From: an uncultured bacterium
GTDB lineage: Bacteria; UBA8481
Direction: 5' to 3'
NCBI GenBank assembly: GCA_964499705.1
Contig: CAZCME010000017.1
Span: forward strand, 1 to 64,000
DNA length: 64,000 bases
Translations under genes and position numbers: made by a program
Shown here: positions 9,856 through 18,661 of the stretch, piece after piece
How the letters are laid out: every line of letters begins with the position of its first letter
How positions within the stretch are numbered: the first letter of the stretch is position 1
The notes under the pieces: model-generated
What the model saw: the letters and a program-made list of their open reading frames with translations, nothing else
Database searches by the model: none
Told to the model about the DNA's origin: nothing

Positions 9856-9919
9856 GCAAGCATCTTCCCGCGAATCATCCTACCAGCAAACGGGCGATAC
9901 GCCATGCCCTTAGCTGCCC

Positions 9920-11488
9920 TTACCGCGCGTAATCCGTGAACTTCGTCTCGCGGATCACCGTGACGCGGATCTGGCCGGGATACTCCAGTTCGTCCTCGAT
10001 CTTCTTCGCGATCGTTTTCGCCACCTGCTTGGCCTGGCCGTCGCTCACCTGCTGGTGATTGACGAGAATCCTCACTTCGCGTCCGGCCTGGATGGCGTAC
10101 GCCTTCTCCACACCCGGCTCGTTCTGCGCGATCTTCTCCAGGGCTTCGAGGCGCTTCACGTACATATCCGCGCTCTCCATCCGGACCCCGGGCCGCGACG
10201 CGGAAATCGCGTCGGCCACCTGGACGAGAATCGACTCCAGCGTCATCTCCACTTCGCCGTGATGTCCCGCGACGGCGGCGACGACGGTCGGCGACTCGCC
10301 GTATTTCTTCAGGAGCTCCGCTCCTACAATCGCGTGCGGCCCTTCCATCTCGTGATCGACGGCCTTGCCGATGTCGTGCAGGAGGCAGGACCGCTTGATG
10401 ACGGGCACATCCATCCCCATCTCCGCGGCGATCAGGCCGCCGATGTGCGCGACCTCCATGGAGTGCGCCAGGATATTCTGGCCGTAGCTCGTGCGATACT
10501 TCAGCCGACCGAGGATCTGCATGACTTCCGGCCGGAGGTTATGGATTCCCATCGCGTAGGCGGCCTCGTCGGCGGCTTTCCTGATGAGCTGATCGATCTC
10601 CTTCTTCGACTTCTCCAGCAGTTCCTCGATGCGCGAAGGATGAATCCTTCCGTCCGCGACAAGCTTCGTCAGAGCCAGTCTCGCGATCTCGCGCCGGACC
10701 GGATCGAAGCAGGAGAGATGCACCGCCTGGGGCGTGTCGTCGATGACAAGATCGACACCGGAGAGACGCTCGAACTCGCGGATGTTTCTCCCTTCCCTGC
10801 CGATGATCCTGCCTTTCAACTCGTCCGACGGCAGCGAGACCGAAGAAACGGTCCGCTCCGCGGTGACTTCCGACGCGTATCTCTGGATCGCCACCGTCAG
10901 GATCTTCTTGCTCCGCTCCTCCGCGTCGCGATCCGCTTCCTGCTCGATCATCCGGACGCGGCGCGCGGCCTCCGCCTGCGCTTCGTCCTCGATGGACTGG
11001 ATGAGCATGCTCCTGGCTTCGTCGGCGGTGAGGCTGGAGATCTTCTCGAGCTTCGCTTTCAGTTCTCCCGCGAAAGTTTCCGCGGCCTTCTGATCGACGA
11101 GCAGTTTCTCCTGCGAACGCTTGATCTCCTGCTCGGATTTCGAAAGCTCCTGCGAGCGCCGGTTCAACTGGTCTTCCTTCTGCTTGACCCTGTCCTCCAC
11201 GCGCTTGTGATCCAGCTTCTGCTTGTCCAGGTCGCGTGAGACGTTCTGCTGCTCCTTCAGGAGCTCCTCGCGCCCTTCCAGCATCAGCTTGCCCTTGATG
11301 AGCTCCGCTTCGCGCCGCGCGTTTTCGAGAATCTGGTCGCGCCGGAGCTCGGCGCTTCCAATGGTGTTTCGTTCCTGGTACCAGCGGTAGAGATATCCCA
11401 CGATCGCCGCAATAACGGCGGCGACCAGCATGGCCAGCCACTGGTCACGTGTCAGACCTTCCACAACAGATGCGTATTCCATATCCAT
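9920..11488 (-). CDS. rny: Ribonuclease Y
   Basis: N-terminal TM, coiled coil, KH domain (KGRIIGREGRNI), HD domain (LLHDIGK), C-terminal YPGQIRVTVIRE. Confidence 0.97.
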   Translation of the reverse strand: MDMEYASVVEGLTRDQWLAMLVAAVIAAIVGYLYRWYQERNTIGSAELRRDQILENARREAELIKGKLMLEGREELLKEQQNVSRDLDKQKLDHKRVEDRVKQKEDQLNRRSQELSKSEQEIKRSQEKLLVDQKAAETFAGELKAKLEKISSLTADEARSMLIQSIEDEAQAEAARRVRMIEQEADRDAEERSKKILTVAIQRYASEVTAERTVSSVSLPSDELKGRIIGREGRNIREFERLSGVDLVIDDTPQAVHLSCFDPVRREIARLALTKLVADGRIHPSRIEELLEKSKKEIDQLIRKAADEAAYAMGIHNLRPEVMQILGRLKYRTSYGQNILAHSMEVAHIGGLIAAEMGMDVPVIKRSCLLHDIGKAVDHEMEGPHAIVGAELLKKYGESPTVVAAVAGHHGEVEMTLESILVQVADAISASRPGVRMESADMYVKRLEALEKIAQNEPGVEKAYAIQAGREVRILVNHQQVSDGQAKQVAKTIAKKIEDELEYPGQIRVTVIRETKFTDYAR

Positions 11489-11507
11489 CGACCTCCAGAG
11501 TATTGGA

Positions 11508-11650
11508 GATCCCGTGATACGCGAGGGAGGGAACCCGGTTTACGTCTTCAGAACCTCTCGGGATGCACCCGTCGGAACCAGGAAGCGTGAATCGTGTTCA
11601 AGCATGAAAATCAGAAAAGTCATGGGCTCACTCATACGTACTACGGAATC
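11508..11650 (-). ncRNA. ssrS: Probable 6S RNA (rod-like structured RNA upstream of rny)
   Basis: On the minus strand, 5' GATTCCGTAGTACG pairs with 3' CGTATCACGGGATC and GAGTGAGCCC pairs with GGGTTCCCTC. Inside lie a U-rich bubble and an inner GAAC/GTTC stem. G-U pairs favour the minus strand. Ends uncertain (may extend to ~11706). Confidence 0.55.
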
Positions 11651-11707
11651 AATCCGGTCATAAACGGGCGCGACCGCAATCATCGGAGACGCCCCGAACA
11701 TCAGGAC

Positions 11708-13792
11708 TCAGCGACCCGAAGCTGAATCAAGCGCGGCAATACGGGCGGAAAGATCCTCGTTGCTCTCGCTGTCCAGCTCCATCGCCTTCTTGAAATGCGT
11801 CTTCGCATCGGCTTTCTTGCCGAGCGCTTCCGCGGAAAGTCCCCAGAGCCTGTGAAAGAACGCGGCCTGGGGGAGACTGTCATCGGTCAGAAACGCCTTG
11901 ATATCGTCGATCGTCCTGGCGTAATTTTTAAGCGTGTAGTTCAGATACGCGCGGGTGCGCCGAACGGGAGCAATGTCGGCGCCGGGATTGTCCTTCGCCA
12001 CCATCTCCACGTTCGCCAGCGCCAGCGATACATCGCGGTTCAGCTTCGCCGCGACCCAGCCGTGCGACAGGAGCGCCTCGGGATTGCGGGGCTCCATCGC
12101 GATCCAGGACTGCAGGACCTGGAAGGCCTCCGTTTCCGCGTCGGAGGCGAAGAGCGCGTTGGAGAAGAAGCGCTTTTCGCCGGTCCGGAGGCCGCCGTTC
12201 AGGAGTTCCTGCCTCGCCTTCATCTCGCTGTTGATCACCCGGTACATCCGGGCCAGGTCGCGATAGAAAGTCGGGTTCAGTGGATCCTTGTCACGGGCGG
12301 CTTCGATGCGGATGATGCCCTCGTTGACAATGCTGCGGGCCTTGTTGCGCTCCTCGCGCTGATCGTAGTACGTGTACAGCGCGACATAGGCCGCCGGATT
12401 CAGCTTATCCTTGTCGATGAGCCGCTTCAGTACGGCTTCGGCTTCCGTGCGGCGATTGGCGTCGGTCAGAATGCCGGCGCGGCGGATGTTCAATTCGAAG
12501 GCTTCCGGAGCATCGGGATTCGCGCGGAGCCAGCGGTCCAGGAGCATGAGAGCCTGGTCGTGCTTGCCGTTGCGGGCCAGGGCGACCGCCGTGCGATCGA
12601 GTATGTCGATTCGCTCCAGCCGTCCGCTCATCACGTCCATCGCCTTCATGTAATTCTCGGCGGCGCCGACGAAATCTCCGTCGGAAAAGGTGATGTCGCC
12701 GAGCCGGGGATAAGCGAGCTGATTGGCGGGATTGCGCTCCAGGGCCTTCTTATAGGCCGCCTTCGCCCCTTCCGTATCTCCCATGTGCCTCTTGAAATCG
12801 CCGAGGACGATGAGCGAATAGGAATGATACGGGTTTCCGGCGACCGCGGCTTCCGCGAGCTTCACCGCGTCATCCATCTTCTTGTCCTTCCACGCAAGGA
12901 GCGCGGCCTCGAGCCGGCCTTTCGTGGAATTTTCCATCAGGTCCTTGACGCGCGCGGCGCCCAGAACCTTGTCGAAGGTAATGAGCGTGTCGGAGCGATT
13001 GGACCGGCGGATCGCATTCAAAGCTTCGTTGATATCCATCTCGTCCCGTTCGAGGGACGTGATGAGCATGGTTTCCGTTTCGTCCTTTTTCCTGAGCTGG
13101 GCAAAGGCGGCGGCAAGATTCGTGAAGATGAGGCCGTCGTCGAGTCCCAGCGTGAGCGCGTTGCGGCTCTCCATGATGGATCGCTCGTATGACTTCATGT
13201 GGAAATATGCCGTCGCAAGATGCGCGTGGATGCGGGGATCCTCCGGCGCGAGGCTGGATGCAAGTTCCAGCAGTTTCACGCTCACATCGGGCTTTTCGAG
13301 ATCGATGGGCAGAGCGTACTGGAGGTAGCGGCCCACGAGAAACCGGCGGGTGATGTCGACGGTCGGCGCCTTGTCGGCGGCGGCATCGATGGTGAAACGG
13401 AAAGCGCACTGATAATGATAAAGCGAGAGGGCGGGATTGTTGGTCTCGAGAATGCGCCCTATCGCAAGATGGACTCTCGGGTCGTTGTAGCGGAGCTTCA
13501 GAGCCATGTCGTAATTCCGGAGGGCTTCCTGGAGATTACCGGCCTGTTCCGCCGCGACGCCTTTGGCGTAGAGATCGTCGGCCCGCTTGGCCGTCGTATC
13601 GCCGCTGGGGGCGGCGAAGATGCCGAAGAAAGTCCGGACCGCGTCCTCGACGCGGGCCGCTTCGGACACGGGAGCGGTCGGGGATGTAACGGCGTTAGCC
13701 TGGGCCAGGGCCGCGCCCGCGATGAAAAGGATCGCCAGGGCGGCGGAACCGAGATTGAGAGGAACTGCGAGAAAACGTTTTATGGTAACCAT
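11708..13792 (-). CDS. Secreted multi-TPR protein
   Basis: Signal peptide and many TPR repeats. Start ATG 13792 chosen for its GGAGA SD. Confidence 0.8.
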   Translation of the reverse strand: MVTIKRFLAVPLNLGSAALAILFIAGAALAQANAVTSPTAPVSEAARVEDAVRTFFGIFAAPSGDTTAKRADDLYAKGVAAEQAGNLQEALRNYDMALKLRYNDPRVHLAIGRILETNNPALSLYHYQCAFRFTIDAAADKAPTVDITRRFLVGRYLQYALPIDLEKPDVSVKLLELASSLAPEDPRIHAHLATAYFHMKSYERSIMESRNALTLGLDDGLIFTNLAAAFAQLRKKDETETMLITSLERDEMDINEALNAIRRSNRSDTLITFDKVLGAARVKDLMENSTKGRLEAALLAWKDKKMDDAVKLAEAAVAGNPYHSYSLIVLGDFKRHMGDTEGAKAAYKKALERNPANQLAYPRLGDITFSDGDFVGAAENYMKAMDVMSGRLERIDILDRTAVALARNGKHDQALMLLDRWLRANPDAPEAFELNIRRAGILTDANRRTEAEAVLKRLIDKDKLNPAAYVALYTYYDQREERNKARSIVNEGIIRIEAARDKDPLNPTFYRDLARMYRVINSEMKARQELLNGGLRTGEKRFFSNALFASDAETEAFQVLQSWIAMEPRNPEALLSHGWVAAKLNRDVSLALANVEMVAKDNPGADIAPVRRTRAYLNYTLKNYARTIDDIKAFLTDDSLPQAAFFHRLWGLSAEALGKKADAKTHFKKAMELDSESNEDLSARIAALDSASGR

Positions 13793-13935
13793 CTGTTGTG
13801 TATCTCCTGATTTAATTGGGACTTCACTGAAGAATTTCACAGTGTCTCTTGATCCAACTCCCTGTCAAGTGCATAATTTTTGACCCCCTTAGGGCTCCCC
13901 GGTTCCCGTTTTTTCCGGAGGAAGCCACACTTTTC

Positions 13936-13964
13936 TTGCGGCGCACGTCATGGCGCCGTACAAT
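13936..13964 (+). promoter_or_regulatory. sigma70-type promoter for lepB
   Basis: TTGCGG-N17-TACAAT. Confidence 0.5.
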
Positions 13965-13979
13965 TTGCGGTTATATCGC

Positions 13980-14636
13980 ATGAGCCCGGAAAATACCCAG
14001 GAAGCAGAACCGCCGACACCGGCCCTGAACTCCGTCGGATCGGGTCCGCCCGAGATCCTCATTGAACCCGAAGAGAGTGTCGGCGCGAAGGTCTTCTACA
14101 TCGTCAAGGAGATCGTCATCACGCTCCTGTTGTTCCTCGTCCTCCGCAATCTCGTCGTCCAGGCGCGTTTCATTCCCTCCGCCTCGATGCATCCGGGTCT
14201 CCTGGAAGGAGATCGGCTCCTCGTGGAAGTCGTCTCGAAGCATTTCGCCTCCGTCAAGCAGGGCGACATCCTGGTCTTCTACCGACCCGGCGAACCCAAG
14301 CCGACGCTGAAGGAATTGCTCCTGTCATCCTTCGGCATCCACGACGACCACGCGATGATCAAGCGCGTCATCGGATTGCCGGGCGATATCGTGGAGGTGA
14401 TCCCAAACGAAGGTGTGAAGGTGAACGGCCAGATGCTGAAGGAAAATTACACCGCCGAAGTCGCCAGCCAGCCGTATGGACCGAAACAGGTTCCCGCCGG
14501 GCATCTGCTGATGATGGGCGACAACAGGAACCAGTCGTCCGACGGCCGCATCTGGGGATTTCTGCCGTTGGAGAACATCATCGGAAAGGCGACGATTCGT
14601 TTCTATCCCTTCGACAGGATCGGGATGATCCGGTAG
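13980..14636 (+). CDS. lepB: Signal peptidase I
   Basis: IPSASMHP (catalytic Ser), MIKRVIGLPGD (Lys), MGDNRNQSSDGR, one TM. ATG 13980 is preferred over 13950 because 13950 lies inside the promoter. Confidence 0.93.
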   Translation: MSPENTQEAEPPTPALNSVGSGPPEILIEPEESVGAKVFYIVKEIVITLLLFLVLRNLVVQARFIPSASMHPGLLEGDRLLVEVVSKHFASVKQGDILVFYRPGEPKPTLKELLLSSFGIHDDHAMIKRVIGLPGDIVEVIPNEGVKVNGQMLKENYTAEVASQPYGPKQVPAGHLLMMGDNRNQSSDGRIWGFLPLENIIGKATIRFYPFDRIGMIR

Positions 14637-14669
14637 TAAGCTTACGGCCTTTCCGACGCGCCAAGCGTT

Positions 14670-17111
14670 TCAAGCAGATCGGCGCCAACCATAACACAGG
14701 CTTGCGATGACAAACACCGCCACGATCGCGGAAATCGGCGCGGCGATTCTAATCCCGGCTGGATCATAGCGGAATTCCACCTCGTGAAATCCCGGCGGGA
14801 CGAAGGCTCCTCGGAAAGCGTGATCGACCGGTTCCGCGCGAGCCGGAGAGCCGTCGACGATCGCCTGCCATCCCGGAGCGAAGGCATCGCGGAGAACAAC
14901 CAGCGCCGACTCCGTACCGTCCGTCTCCATGATGACGCGGTTGGGATTTTCGCTCACGATGCGAAGAAATCCCATTGCGAGCGAATTCGGAACCTGGCTT
15001 GCGGCGGCATTTCGAATGACGCGTACGCGGCTTGTATCCGACGCCGTCGAGGCGAGATCGGCGAGCAATGTTGCCGAGTCGGCAAACGTGATCCACGAAG
15101 TGAATCGTTCCACACGGGGCCTGACCGCATCAACTTCGAATACATTCATGCGGGTCCCCGACTCGCGCATGTGAAAGCCCTGCGGAGGAGACGTATCCGG
15201 TGAAACCAGGATGGCCAGTCCCGGAATGGCCGCCCAGGGGATCGCGGGCTTTCCGAGCGTGTACGCGCCCTGGGCACCCGGCGTGGCGGAAAGGTATTCG
15301 AGCACACGGCGCGGGATGATGCCGTAGAGGCCGTTGGTGTAATGCGCGCCGAAGAGCATGCCCGTGTTGGGAGGGACATTCCGCAATAACTCATCGAGGA
15401 TGATTGCGCGATCCTCCGTTTCGTCCGGGAGCTCGATCATGCCCATCGCCTTCATATCCGCCGGAAGCTGGAAGGGAACTCTTGTGGAGAGCGAGGATGT
15501 GAACGACCAGAGATACTGTTCCGACCAGATACGGCGCTCGGCCCTTGCGACATCCCATTTCCCGATCGAGGCTTCGACGGACGCGAGCGGCGCATCCGTG
15601 TAGAAGTTCACGGCGGGACGCAGAAGCGTGGAGCAGAGCGTCATCACGAGCATGCTCATGAAGAAGAAGCGATACGCGCGCGATTCCGCCGGCGATCGGA
15701 GCCACGCGATGATCAGGGCAAGACAGAAAAGCCAGTACAGGGATGCGCCGAGGAGCGCTTTCGAAATGACGGGGCCGACGGCGGCATGGTGAAGGTCAAG
15801 GTCGCGTCGGGACACGTGCCCGGGCATGGATTCCAGCGCATCCCGCACGCGTGATACCCAGTTGAATCGGGCGGCATCGAGCGCCAGCGTCGCCGTCCCC
15901 GCAAGAAGGAGGAGGATCGCGGCGAAGCATGCGAGAGCGTAGAATCCCCTCAGATACTTTCGTGATCGGTCCGTGAAGTCTTCAACCGGCGAGAGCACGG
16001 CGCCCGCGAGGATCAGGCAGACGAGTTCGAAGATGATTCCCCATGTCGCGTGATTGCGGACGAGCGCATACCCGGGAACGTAGTCGATAAATGAGGGATG
16101 AAGGGGAAGATGATGGCCCGCCGCAAGAAAGGCGGACGTGACCATGAGGATCGCCATCGCGCGTCCTCCGCGGCGAAGCATGACGAGACCGAGAGGCATG
16201 AGGGCAAGGACAGGAATCGGCAGGCCGGTGAACACGGGAGTGAATGACCAGACATTCTGCTGCGTGATCGTTCCGGTCATTCCCGGGATCACGGCGCAGA
16301 GAAATCCGAGAAGGCCGACCGAGCCGTCCGAACCCCAGGAGGTAGCCGGGTCAATCCGGGAAGTTGTCCGAAGGAATTCGTAAAAGGGAATCAGTTGAAT
16401 CGAGGCGAGCAGAAGTCCGGCGATAAAGGCCAGGATACCCGCGCCGACCGGTTTCCAAGTCCGCAGTTCGATCGCTCTCAGGAGAAGATACAGGATAAGA
16501 GCCAGCGAAAAGCGGTAGGCAAGATAAGAGGATACTCCCCAGATCCAGAGAAAACCGAAGCACGCCGCCCATCGCGCCGCGTTTTTCAGCGAAGCGTTCT
16601 CCGCCAGATCCTCCGTGAAGAGAAAGAGAAACGGCAGGAGCGCCATCGCCCAGAGCGAACTCGTGAGAGCCGCGCCGCTCGTGTTGTCCGCGGCGGCCAG
16701 GAGCGCGATCACGATGCGGGCCGGCGCCGACAGACCGAACCTCCCGCCCAGCAACGCCCATCCCCACGCCGCGAGCGCGGACAGGAGAATGATCTCCGCG
16801 ATGGCGGCGACCTGAAACGGCATCGCGACATACAGCAGCACGGTCGGCGAGAGCGGCGACAGGATCGCGTAAGCAAGCTGCGGCATCCCGAAGCAGGCGG
16901 TCGGATTCCAGAGCGGAAAGACGCCGCGCCGGATCCATTCCGCGGCGAATACCATCTGCGGCACGCTCGAGTCCATTCCGTCGGCCGTCATGTACTGTCC
17001 CGCGCCGCAAAGCCCCGGGAGATAGTTGATGGCAAGCAGGATCGCCGCAAGCAGCGGCGCGAGCAGATTGAAATGCGGGGACAGTATACTGATTCTTTTT
17101 CCGAGGCTCAT
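14670..17111 (-). CDS. YfhO-family multi-pass membrane protein (GT-C-like glycosyltransferase)
   Basis: FPLWNP..GMPQLA N-terminal motif, many TM helices, C-terminal DAFAPGWQAIVDG...FRGAFVPPGFHEVEFRY. The start lies inside the RAYT element. Confidence 0.8.
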   Translation of the reverse strand: MSLGKRISILSPHFNLLAPLLAAILLAINYLPGLCGAGQYMTADGMDSSVPQMVFAAEWIRRGVFPLWNPTACFGMPQLAYAILSPLSPTVLLYVAMPFQVAAIAEIILLSALAAWGWALLGGRFGLSAPARIVIALLAAADNTSGAALTSSLWAMALLPFLFLFTEDLAENASLKNAARWAACFGFLWIWGVSSYLAYRFSLALILYLLLRAIELRTWKPVGAGILAFIAGLLLASIQLIPFYEFLRTTSRIDPATSWGSDGSVGLLGFLCAVIPGMTGTITQQNVWSFTPVFTGLPIPVLALMPLGLVMLRRGGRAMAILMVTSAFLAAGHHLPLHPSFIDYVPGYALVRNHATWGIIFELVCLILAGAVLSPVEDFTDRSRKYLRGFYALACFAAILLLLAGTATLALDAARFNWVSRVRDALESMPGHVSRRDLDLHHAAVGPVISKALLGASLYWLFCLALIIAWLRSPAESRAYRFFFMSMLVMTLCSTLLRPAVNFYTDAPLASVEASIGKWDVARAERRIWSEQYLWSFTSSLSTRVPFQLPADMKAMGMIELPDETEDRAIILDELLRNVPPNTGMLFGAHYTNGLYGIIPRRVLEYLSATPGAQGAYTLGKPAIPWAAIPGLAILVSPDTSPPQGFHMRESGTRMNVFEVDAVRPRVERFTSWITFADSATLLADLASTASDTSRVRVIRNAAASQVPNSLAMGFLRIVSENPNRVIMETDGTESALVVLRDAFAPGWQAIVDGSPARAEPVDHAFRGAFVPPGFHEVEFRYDPAGIRIAAPISAIVAVFVIASLCYGWRRSA

Positions 17112-17864
17112 GCGTGGTGGCGGATACGGCGCGCCGGAATCAGGATTTCTCCTTCGGCCGTCCCGACGGTTTTGCCAGCAGGGGCCGTCTCAACTTTCGT
17201 TCAAGCTTCTTGACCCACGCCTGGTCTCCGAACGGCCGCCCCGTCCTCGTGTGCCTGCGGATATCATCGATTACAGGATCCGTCCTGGCGCGGAGCTGAT
17301 CCTTCCAGTCCGGCGCCAGGTCGCGGACAGGACTATTCCGGACCAGCGGATCCGGCTTTCCCAGGGCGTGATGCGCCGCGCTGGACCAGGCGTAGGCATG
17401 AGCCTGGTTCGAAAGGCCGGCGCGAACGGGATTGAGTTCGACGTAGCGGACAACATTCAGAAGATGCCCGTCGTGCTGAATCGGAAACGAGTGAAACCTC
17501 TCCTGGAAGAGGTGGCCGGCCACGCCGGCCCGCGCGTTGATGTGGCGAGTGAACCGGCGATGCGCCTCGCCGATGCCGCGGGCCAGGGCGTCCGGATCGG
17601 ACGGCACGGCGACGAGGTGGACGTGATTGGTCATGAGACACCAGGCCCAGAATTCGATTCCGAACTGCTCGGCATGCTCCATCAAAAGCCCGAGATACAA
17701 TTTCCGATCCGCGTCGGACGCGAAGATCGGCAGCGAGCGTACACCGCGCTGAATCACGTGATGCGGACAATCCGGAATGACGATTCTAGCCAGCCTGGCC
17801 ATGCCCGGATGGTGTAACCGGCTCAGGCGGGCGTCAAGATAATTAGTATACTGTCCCCATATTT
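17071..17864. mobile_element. RAYT (REP-associated tyrosine transposase) element bounded by 24-bp imperfect inverted repeats
   Basis: Left end AAATGCGGGGACAGTATACTGATT (17071-17094). Right end is the reverse complement of AAATATGGGGACAGTATACTAATT (17841-17864). The two match at 21/24. Confidence 0.75.
17140..17802 (-). CDS. REP-associated / IS200-like Y1 (HUH) tyrosine transposase
   Basis: HHVIQRG, CLMTNHVHL (HUH), FQERF, YVELNPVRAG (catalytic Tyr) and WSS motifs. Upstream TTGACG-N17-CACCAT ends 6 nt before the ATG, so the mRNA may be leaderless. Confidence 0.9.
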   Translation of the reverse strand: MARLARIVIPDCPHHVIQRGVRSLPIFASDADRKLYLGLLMEHAEQFGIEFWAWCLMTNHVHLVAVPSDPDALARGIGEAHRRFTRHINARAGVAGHLFQERFHSFPIQHDGHLLNVVRYVELNPVRAGLSNQAHAYAWSSAAHHALGKPDPLVRNSPVRDLAPDWKDQLRARTDPVIDDIRRHTRTGRPFGDQAWVKKLERKLRRPLLAKPSGRPKEKS

Positions 17865-18661
17865 AATTCCTCCAGCTTCAGGAGCTGGACGTGACGGAGA
17901 GGGGAACCGAGGAAGCGTTTGCCCTGGGAGGAAAATCCGTCGGGATTGTCGGTACAGTAGTAGCGGATGCGTCCGGATGCGGGCGGATCGGATGACGAGG
18001 CCAGGCCCGATTCGCGCAGCAGGTCCTCCAGTGAACGGGCCGTCGCCAGCGCGGAATCGATGACGGTCACGGATGATCCGACGTGCGCCTTGATTCTCTC
18101 TTCGAGGAGCGGATAGTGCGTGCATCCGAGGACGAGCGTGTCGATCTTTTTGTCCAGGAGCGGATCGATATAACGATGCAGAGCCAGGTCCACGAACGCA
18201 TCATCCAGGTGGCCTTCCTCGACGAGGGGCACGAGGAGCGGAGCCGCGGCGGCGAAGACTTTCGCATCGCGACGAATCGCGAGGATCGCGTTCTGATACG
18301 CCTCCGAGGCCACGGTGCCGCGCGTGCCGATGATCCCGATCCGCCCGGTTTGCGAGGCGGCGGCCGCGGCATCGGCCCCGGGTCCGACCACGCCCAGGAC
18401 CGGAACAGGCAGCGTCGCCGACAAGGCGGAGAGTCCAAAGGACGAGGCCGTGTTGCAGGCAATGACGACGACCTTGGCTCCGAGCGAGACGAGATAATTC
18501 CCGATCTCCAGCGAGAACCTCCGGACAACGGCCGGGCTTTTCGGTCCATAGGGAATTCTCGCCGTGTCGCCGAAGTAGACGATCGACTCGCGCGGCAGAA
18601 GCTCCGCGATCCGCTTCATGACCGTCAATCCGCCGATACCGGAATCGAAGATGCCGATCAT
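17843..18661 (-). CDS. murI: Glutamate racemase
   Basis: IGIFDSGIGGLTV, PYG, IACNTAS and LGCTHYP motifs. ATG 18661 overlaps the rarA stop (ATGA). Confidence 0.95.
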   Translation of the reverse strand: MIGIFDSGIGGLTVMKRIAELLPRESIVYFGDTARIPYGPKSPAVVRRFSLEIGNYLVSLGAKVVVIACNTASSFGLSALSATLPVPVLGVVGPGADAAAAASQTGRIGIIGTRGTVASEAYQNAILAIRRDAKVFAAAAPLLVPLVEEGHLDDAFVDLALHRYIDPLLDKKIDTLVLGCTHYPLLEERIKAHVGSSVTVIDSALATARSLEDLLRESGLASSSDPPASGRIRYYCTDNPDGFSSQGKRFLGSPLRHVQLLKLEELNMGTVY

